From NCBI GenBank assembly GCA_965657495.1, contig CBFHPD010000027.1, positions 9,888-73,887 on the forward strand: a stretch of 64,000 nucleotides of DNA. The letters are read 5' to 3'. Under the pieces are notes generated by a model, which worked only from the letters and a program-made list of their open reading frames with translations, had not been told where the DNA came from and searched no databases. Position numbers and translations under genes: made by a program. Below are positions 58,711 to 64,000 of this stretch, one piece after another. The stretch is from an uncultured Flavobacteriales bacterium (GTDB lineage Bacteria; Bacteroidota; Bacteroidia; Flavobacteriales_D; Sanyastnellaceae). Position 1 is the first letter of the stretch, and each line of letters starts with the position of its first letter.

Positions 58711-59958
58711 ATGCTTTGGATGCGCCTGCTTCGGGAGAGTTTCTTGTTCGCTTGGTGGGCGATTTGGGCCAACAAATTGCGGACCTTCCTTTCGCTCCTC
58801 GGGGTGATGGTCGGCATTTTCATGATCTCGGCGGTGTTCACCGTGGTGGACTCGTTGGAGGACAACTTGAAGGACACGTTCAACATGTTGGACGAGGACG
58901 TGATGTTCGTCCAAAAATGGCCATGGGCATCCGGCGGTGAGGACTACCCGTGGTGGAAATACGTCCAACGCCGCGAGCCCACGGAGCGGGACATGGAGGC
59001 CCTTGCCGATCGCTTGACGCTCGCACAAGCCATCACCTACCAGGCGAACGACCGCACGTCCCCCGAGGCCGGCAACAGCCGGTTCGAAGGCGCCCGCGTG
59101 ACCTCCGTGACCCACACCTATCCCGACGTCATTTCTTTGAAAATAGCCGACGGCCGCTTCTTCACCGAGGTGGAAAGCCGGGCCGGCCGACCCTTGGCCC
59201 TCATCGGTGCCGAAATCGCGCTCGGCCTGTGGGGCCGTCAAGACGTGGTGGGGGAGGTGTTCACCATCAAGGGGCTGAAGCTCGAAGTCATCGGGGTATT
59301 TGAAAAGGAGGGTGCGTCCATCATCAGCGACGGCATGGACCGGGTCATCATGATGCCCGTGACCTTCGCCCGCCGCATTTCCGACGTGGACCGCGCGGGA
59401 GGCTCCATCCTTGTCAAGGCCGCAGACGGCGTGACAAATGAAGCGCTCAAAGACGAGATCACCCAGCAGTTTCGGGCGGTGCGGCGCTTGCGTCCGGCGG
59501 AGGACAACGATTTCGCCATCAACCAAGTGAACATGCTGTCGTCCATCATCGACGGCATCTTCGCTCAGTTCGAAATCGGCGGCTGGTTCATTGCCATTTT
59601 CGCCATCCTCGTGGGGTGCTTCTCCATTGCGAACATCATGTTCGTGTCCGTGCGGGAACGCACGCGCATCATCGGGGTGCAGAAGGCCATCGGTGCGAAA
59701 GGCACCTTCATACTGACCCAGTTCCTGTTCGAAGCCGTGGCCTTGTGTTTGTTCGGGGCCGGTTTCGCGCTCGTGGCCATAGAAGTGCTCATCGCTGTGG
59801 TGAACGCCATGGACCTCGGTTTGCAACTGGCGATTCGGCCAGGCCGCATCCTCGTTGCGGTGGGCGTGGCAGTGTTGTCCGGGTTGATTGCGGGGTTGGC
59901 TCCGGCCCAAACCGCAGCGCGCATGGCCCCGGTGGACGCGATGCGCTCCAATGGGTGA
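58711..59958 (+). CDS. ABC-transporter permease of the FtsX/MacB type, with no adjacent ATPase
   Basis: ANKLRTFLSLLGVMVGI, a large periplasmic loop, then three C-terminal TM helices with the RERTRIIGVQKAIGA motif. The track start at 58705 is a TTG, so I prefer the ATG at 58711. Confidence 0.75.
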   Translation: MLWMRLLRESFLFAWWAIWANKLRTFLSLLGVMVGIFMISAVFTVVDSLEDNLKDTFNMLDEDVMFVQKWPWASGGEDYPWWKYVQRREPTERDMEALADRLTLAQAITYQANDRTSPEAGNSRFEGARVTSVTHTYPDVISLKIADGRFFTEVESRAGRPLALIGAEIALGLWGRQDVVGEVFTIKGLKLEVIGVFEKEGASIISDGMDRVIMMPVTFARRISDVDRAGGSILVKAADGVTNEALKDEITQQFRAVRRLRPAEDNDFAINQVNMLSSIIDGIFAQFEIGGWFIAIFAILVGCFSIANIMFVSVRERTRIIGVQKAIGAKGTFILTQFLFEAVALCLFGAGFALVAIEVLIAVVNAMDLGLQLAIRPGRILVAVGVAVLSGLIAGLAPAQTAARMAPVDAMRSNG

Positions 59959-60705
59959 TCAGCTGTTGGCCTCGGCTTTGCGTTTGGCCTTCTTCAGTCC
60001 CATGTCCCAGCTGATGCCCGCCATCACACTTGATGTGGGCATGGAGGTCGGTTCAACGGTGGTCGAAACGGAGCCGTCGCCGGCGATGCTCAAGTCCACC
60101 ACTTGGTCCAATTCTCCGCTTGAAATGTCCGCGTAACGGGCCGTGATGTAAAACCCTTCCGCCATCCGCAACCGGAATCCGAATCCCCAGCCGTAATTCC
60201 AGGTCGCCCCAAAATCCTGCACCTTCGCATCGCTCAACACGTCCTGAAGCGTGGCGTCGTCCGTGGTGAATTCCGTATTCAACACCGCCGCTCGTCCACC
60301 TGCAAAGCCGTCTGCAAACGGCTGGAACCACCCCTTGAACGGAGACAGCCGCAGCACATAATGCGCCGTCAGGAATTGGTTCCTTGCGCGCATGGTCCCC
60401 GTTGTGGTGCCGTCAAGGTCGACCTCCGATTCCCAGCTCCCGATGGGTTGATATGCCAAATCAATTCCACTTGCCAACAATCCCTTCTCGCCCTTCTTCC
60501 GCCACTGCACCCCCGCGCCCCACGTCGCTCCTTCGGGCGTGACTTCCATCAATGTGGATCCTGCTTGGTCAGCTAAAGCAAACACACTGAATTGTTTCTG
60601 CTTCTTTTCTTCGGTGGGTTCGGATGGGGATTGGGCTGCAAGTGTTCCGCCGAAAAGGAGCATCGGAAGGGCAGATGCGAGGGCCAACATGGTTTGCTTC
60701 ATCAT
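59959..60705 (-). CDS. Putative outer-membrane beta-barrel protein
   Basis: Signal peptide MMKQTMLALASALPMLLFGGTLAAQ, alternating strand pattern, and an aromatic-rich C-terminal region. Confidence 0.5.
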   Translation of the reverse strand: MMKQTMLALASALPMLLFGGTLAAQSPSEPTEEKKQKQFSVFALADQAGSTLMEVTPEGATWGAGVQWRKKGEKGLLASGIDLAYQPIGSWESEVDLDGTTTGTMRARNQFLTAHYVLRLSPFKGWFQPFADGFAGGRAAVLNTEFTTDDATLQDVLSDAKVQDFGATWNYGWGFGFRLRMAEGFYITARYADISSGELDQVVDLSIAGDGSVSTTVEPTSMPTSSVMAGISWDMGLKKAKRKAEANS

Positions 60706-60768
60706 GGTATAAAGGTAAGTAGGTCTCAGAACAACTTACAAATGCCGTGCCAATTGTATCTTGGACGC

Positions 60769-61623
60769 ATGCGGAAAGTTCTTGTTACGGGTGCAGGGGG
60801 GCAGCTCGGCCGCCGGTTGATGGCGCTGGCGAAGGAGGCGGAGTTGGAGGTGGTCGGCCTGGATCGGGCAGGGTTGGACATCACCCAGCCCGGCGCGGTG
60901 GTGTCCGCGTTGCAGGCGATTCAACCGGACGCAGTCATCAATGCAGCGGCTTACACGGCCGTGGACCGGGCGGAGCAGGAGCAGGCGTTGGCCCACGCGG
61001 TCAACGTGGATGGGCCGCGGAATCTGGCAGTGGCATGCGCGGTGCAAGGCGTGGATTTCCTGCACATCAGCACGGATTACGTCTTCGATGGGGCGAAGAG
61101 CGCGGCGTATGTGCCGGCCGATGCGGTGGCTCCGCTCGGGGTGTATGGCCAAACCAAATGGGAGGGCGAATCCGCGGTGTTGGCCGCTGGAGACCGCACT
61201 TGGGTGGTCCGCGCAGCGTGGCTGTACGACTCTGAAGGCCCCAACTTTTTGCACACCATGCTCCGGCTGGGGCAGCAGGGCCGTTCCTTGAAGGTGGTGG
61301 ACGACCAAATCGGCACGCCCACCTCTGCGCACTACTTCGCGGAGGCGCTGCTGGCCTGGGCGGCGGAACCGGACCGGTGGGCGCCCGGGATTTGGCACTT
61401 CGGGCACCGCGGCAGCACGAGCTGGCACGGTTTTGCGGCGGCGATTTTTGAGCAGACAGGGATGGAAGTGGATTTGGCCCCCTGCCCGACGGAGGCCTAT
61501 CCCACACCGGCGAAACGCCCCAAGCATTCGCACCTCGACCCCGAGGCGTGGCATGCTGCATGGGGCAAGGAACCGGTGCATTGGCGCGAGGCCTTGGAGC
61601 ATTGCATGCGCGACGTGGTGTAA
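60769..61623 (+). CDS. rfbD: dTDP-4-dehydrorhamnose reductase
   Basis: ATG at 60769. VLVTGAGGQLG, INAAAYTAVDRAE, STDYVFDG and YGQTK. Confidence 0.88.
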   Translation: MRKVLVTGAGGQLGRRLMALAKEAELEVVGLDRAGLDITQPGAVVSALQAIQPDAVINAAAYTAVDRAEQEQALAHAVNVDGPRNLAVACAVQGVDFLHISTDYVFDGAKSAAYVPADAVAPLGVYGQTKWEGESAVLAAGDRTWVVRAAWLYDSEGPNFLHTMLRLGQQGRSLKVVDDQIGTPTSAHYFAEALLAWAAEPDRWAPGIWHFGHRGSTSWHGFAAAIFEQTGMEVDLAPCPTEAYPTPAKRPKHSHLDPEAWHAAWGKEPVHWREALEHCMRDVV

Positions 61624-61647
61624 CTTGCCGAGCAGAAATTTCAAGCG

Positions 61648-63375
61648 ATGGATCAAGCGGAATTGGAACAGGAAGTGCGTGTGCGCGCTGCGGCGTGGAC
61701 GCAACCTCCTTTTGACGAGGCCACCCGGTCGGAAGTGTCGGAGCTCTTGGCGCGCGGCGGCGAGGCCCTCATCGACGCGTTCTACACGGATTTGGAGTTT
61801 GGGACGGGCGGGCTGCGCGGCGTCATGGGCGTGGGCACGAACCGGATGAACGCCTACACGGTGGGGCAGGCGAGCCAGGGGTTGGCGCGCTACATTTTGG
61901 GCCAAATCCCAGCCGACCAATCCGCGGTGGCCATCGCCCACGATTCCCGCCTGAACAGCCCCTCCTTCGCCCGCGTCGCAGCAGAAGTGTTCGCGGCCCA
62001 CGGCATCAAAGCCTACCTGTACGACGGCCTGCGCCCCACCCCGCAGCTCTCCTTCACGGTCCGGGAACTCGGCTGCACCGCCGGCATCGTCCTGACCGCG
62101 AGCCACAATCCGAAGGAGTACAATGGCTACAAAGTGTACTGGGCGGATGGGGGCCAAATCGTTCCCCCGCAAGACGCCGGCATCATCGCAGAAGTCCGGT
62201 CCGTCGCCCTGTCCGACGTGCGAAGCGCTGCGGATTCAACCCTGATTGAAACCATCTCACCTGCCCTCGATACCACCTTTCAGGACTACGTGCTCGGCCT
62301 CCGCATGGATGCGGACTTGATCGCCCACGGCTCGGACTTGAAGGTGGTCTACACTCCGCTCCACGGAACGGGGGCGGTTTCGGTGACGCCGGCCCTCCGC
62401 GCGGCGGGCTTCCGGGCAGTCCAAGTGGTGCCCGAGCAGGCCGAGCCCGACGGGCATTTCCCCACGGTGCACAGCCCCAACCCGGAGGAGGGCGCAGCGC
62501 TTTCGGCGGCCATCGCGCTCGCCACTGAGTCCGGCGCCCAGCTCGTCCTCGGGACCGACCCCGACTCCGACCGCGTCGGCCTCGCCGTCCGCACGGAAGA
62601 TGGCGACTACCGGCTGTTGAATGGCAACGAAACCGGTGCCTTGCTTGTGGATTACGTGCTGAATGGACTCGAGCAGTCCGGCCGCATGCCGGCCCACCCG
62701 TTCATCGCCAAGACCATCGTCACTTCGGAGTTGATGGCGGAAATCGGTCGTGCAAGGGGCATTGAAGTGGTGGAGACCTTGACGGGGTTCAAGTGGATCG
62801 CCGCGGCCATCCGCGAGCGCGAAGGCCAGTCCACCTTTGTGGTGGGGGGCGAGGAGAGCTACGGCTACATGATCGGCGACCGCGTGCGCGACAAGGATGC
62901 GGTGGCGAGCGCGTGCTTGCTGGCGGAGTTGGCGCATACGTGCGGCGGCGATTTGCTCGGCGAGTTGCGCCGGATTCACGAAACGCATGGTGCGTATCAG
63001 GAGGCGTTGGTAAGCCAAACCCTGAAGGGCCGCGCGGGCAAGCAAGCCATTGCCGACCGCATGGCGGGCTTTCGCTCCGATCCGCCTGCGGCGCTGGCTG
63101 GGGATGCGGTGGTGGAATTGCGGGACTATGCGGCGGGCGAGGTGCGGGATTTGGTCACGGGTGCGAGCCGACCCACCGGTGTTCCGCCCTCCAATGTCAT
63201 CCAGTTCGTCACGGCGTCGGGTGCCGTGGTCACTGCGCGCCCAAGCGGCACCGAGCCGAAGATCAAGTTCTACTTCTCCGTTCGGGCCTCCGCGGACGAT
63301 GCACGCGCCGACTACGCGGGCACGGTGGCGCATTTGGCCGAGCGCATCGAGGCGTTGAAAGCAGCCTTCGTCTGA
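61648..63375 (+). CDS. Phosphoglucomutase / phosphomannomutase-family phospho-sugar mutase
   Basis: Active-site loop TASHNPKEYNGYKVY, metal loop GTDPDSDRVG, and GEESYG. Confidence 0.85.
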   Translation: MDQAELEQEVRVRAAAWTQPPFDEATRSEVSELLARGGEALIDAFYTDLEFGTGGLRGVMGVGTNRMNAYTVGQASQGLARYILGQIPADQSAVAIAHDSRLNSPSFARVAAEVFAAHGIKAYLYDGLRPTPQLSFTVRELGCTAGIVLTASHNPKEYNGYKVYWADGGQIVPPQDAGIIAEVRSVALSDVRSAADSTLIETISPALDTTFQDYVLGLRMDADLIAHGSDLKVVYTPLHGTGAVSVTPALRAAGFRAVQVVPEQAEPDGHFPTVHSPNPEEGAALSAAIALATESGAQLVLGTDPDSDRVGLAVRTEDGDYRLLNGNETGALLVDYVLNGLEQSGRMPAHPFIAKTIVTSELMAEIGRARGIEVVETLTGFKWIAAAIREREGQSTFVVGGEESYGYMIGDRVRDKDAVASACLLAELAHTCGGDLLGELRRIHETHGAYQEALVSQTLKGRAGKQAIADRMAGFRSDPPAALAGDAVVELRDYAAGEVRDLVTGASRPTGVPPSNVIQFVTASGAVVTARPSGTEPKIKFYFSVRASADDARADYAGTVAHLAERIEALKAAFV

Positions 63376-63376
63376 G

Positions 63377-63973
63377 TCACCGGTTTTCGAGCGCCTCCAC
63401 GCCTTCGCGCAGGTTGTCGAGGCCTTCTTCAGCCTGTTCTCTGGCGCGCTCGAGGAAGCCTTTTTGGCTCATCTCAGGCACCAGCCACGAGGCCATGTCC
63501 GCCACCACGGGGTACAACACCGCCCGGCGCACCTGATCCTTCGGCAGCCACTCGTCGCGCCCAAATGCCGCGTTCAAAAAGTAGATGACCACGCTCAACA
63601 GCAAGCCCACCTTCGCCACCCCGAGCACCGCGCCCAGGGCCTTGTTAGCCAATCCCAACGCGACCAAATCGACGGCCTTTTCCAGCACCTTGCCCAACAG
63701 GTAAACCCCGAGCAACACCGCCAAGAAGGCGATCAGGAAGCTCAGTCCGTGCAAGGTCGATGCTTTCACATCGATGCTTCCGCGCAACATTTCGGCCACC
63801 CGATCGGCCCCGTGGTACCCGGCGTACAGGCCCGCCACCAAGCCCACCAGCGTCGCCACCTCGATGATGAGGCCCTTTCGGAACCCGCGCCATGCGGCGA
63901 GCACAAGCGGAATGGCGAGCGCCACATCGATGAAGGTCCAGACCGGTTCTTCCATGTCGTGAAGGTATGCCAT
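63377..63973 (-). CDS. cvpA: CvpA-family membrane protein
   Basis: Four TM helices with the characteristic N-terminus DVALAIPLVLAAWRGFRKGLI. The start is ambiguous (63991, 63973 or 63955). Confidence 0.65.
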   Translation of the reverse strand: MAYLHDMEEPVWTFIDVALAIPLVLAAWRGFRKGLIIEVATLVGLVAGLYAGYHGADRVAEMLRGSIDVKASTLHGLSFLIAFLAVLLGVYLLGKVLEKAVDLVALGLANKALGAVLGVAKVGLLLSVVIYFLNAAFGRDEWLPKDQVRRAVLYPVVADMASWLVPEMSQKGFLERAREQAEEGLDNLREGVEALENR

Positions 63974-64000
63974 CTTGCACCTCATGTTCAAACTACGTCC

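Noticed and set aside
58639-59910. Upstream 424 codons of ORF 57100..59910 (936 aa)
   Set aside because: PurH begins at the ATG at 58638 (MSDVRIQSALISVFNKEGL). The extension is antisense to the FtsX-type permease gene. The same reasoning removes the extensions of ORFs 26398..28140, 49891..51303, 8941..10134, 54646..55476, 1498..3156 and 60592..61623.
59953-59964. Convergent stop codons forming the palindrome TGATCA (permease stop 59956-59958, OMP stop 59959-61), and other spacer-free convergent pairs (sucB/fasciclin with a 9-nt gap; DUF975/ATPase abutting)
   Set aside because: These are interesting only as a sign of genome compaction. There is no hairpin or other structure to interpret.

Overview
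The window reads as one chromosomal segment from a high-GC member of the Bacteroidota. Three observations support that placement: the conserved gene order nadK, DUF6089, uppS, bamA, ompH, ompH, murI; a secreted protein with a T9SS-type C-terminal sorting domain; and the lack of obvious Shine-Dalgarno spacing. About 58 protein genes are densely packed and mostly housekeeping. They include metG (partial), kbl, ferritin, pdxJ, nadK, uppS, bamA, murI, lpd, tilS, pabB, rfbA/rfbD, sucAB, purH and mreBCD-mrdA-rodA. I found no rRNA, tRNA, CRISPR array, transposase or integrase. Many long ORFs in the supplied track are antisense or wrong-frame artefacts of the high GC content, or artificial N-terminal extensions. 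I trimmed gene starts by reading the DNA, and many junctions are ATGA or TGATG overlaps. The most interesting locus is a three-gene minus-strand module at 45944-48301. It contains an MBOAT acyltransferase, a membrane-anchored DltD-like protein, and a 38-aa single-pass microprotein too short for the ORF track. The microprotein ends in LYAGF, a Y-x-x-F carboxy terminus like the DltX acyl-shuttle motif, and no ligase or carrier protein is present. Other items worth a second look: (1) a complete, translationally coupled cysM-mec(JAMM)-cysO-moeZ sulfur-carrier operon, in which the carrier has a 5-residue tail after its Gly-Gly; (2) a 240-nt leader upstream of that operon that ends in an intrinsic terminator; (3) a YfiR-like, TPR and HAMP-PP2C sensory module; (4) a divergent AAA-ATPase / DUF2130 pair around a perfect 9-bp inverted repeat. 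All functional calls come from reading motifs by eye. No database search was run.
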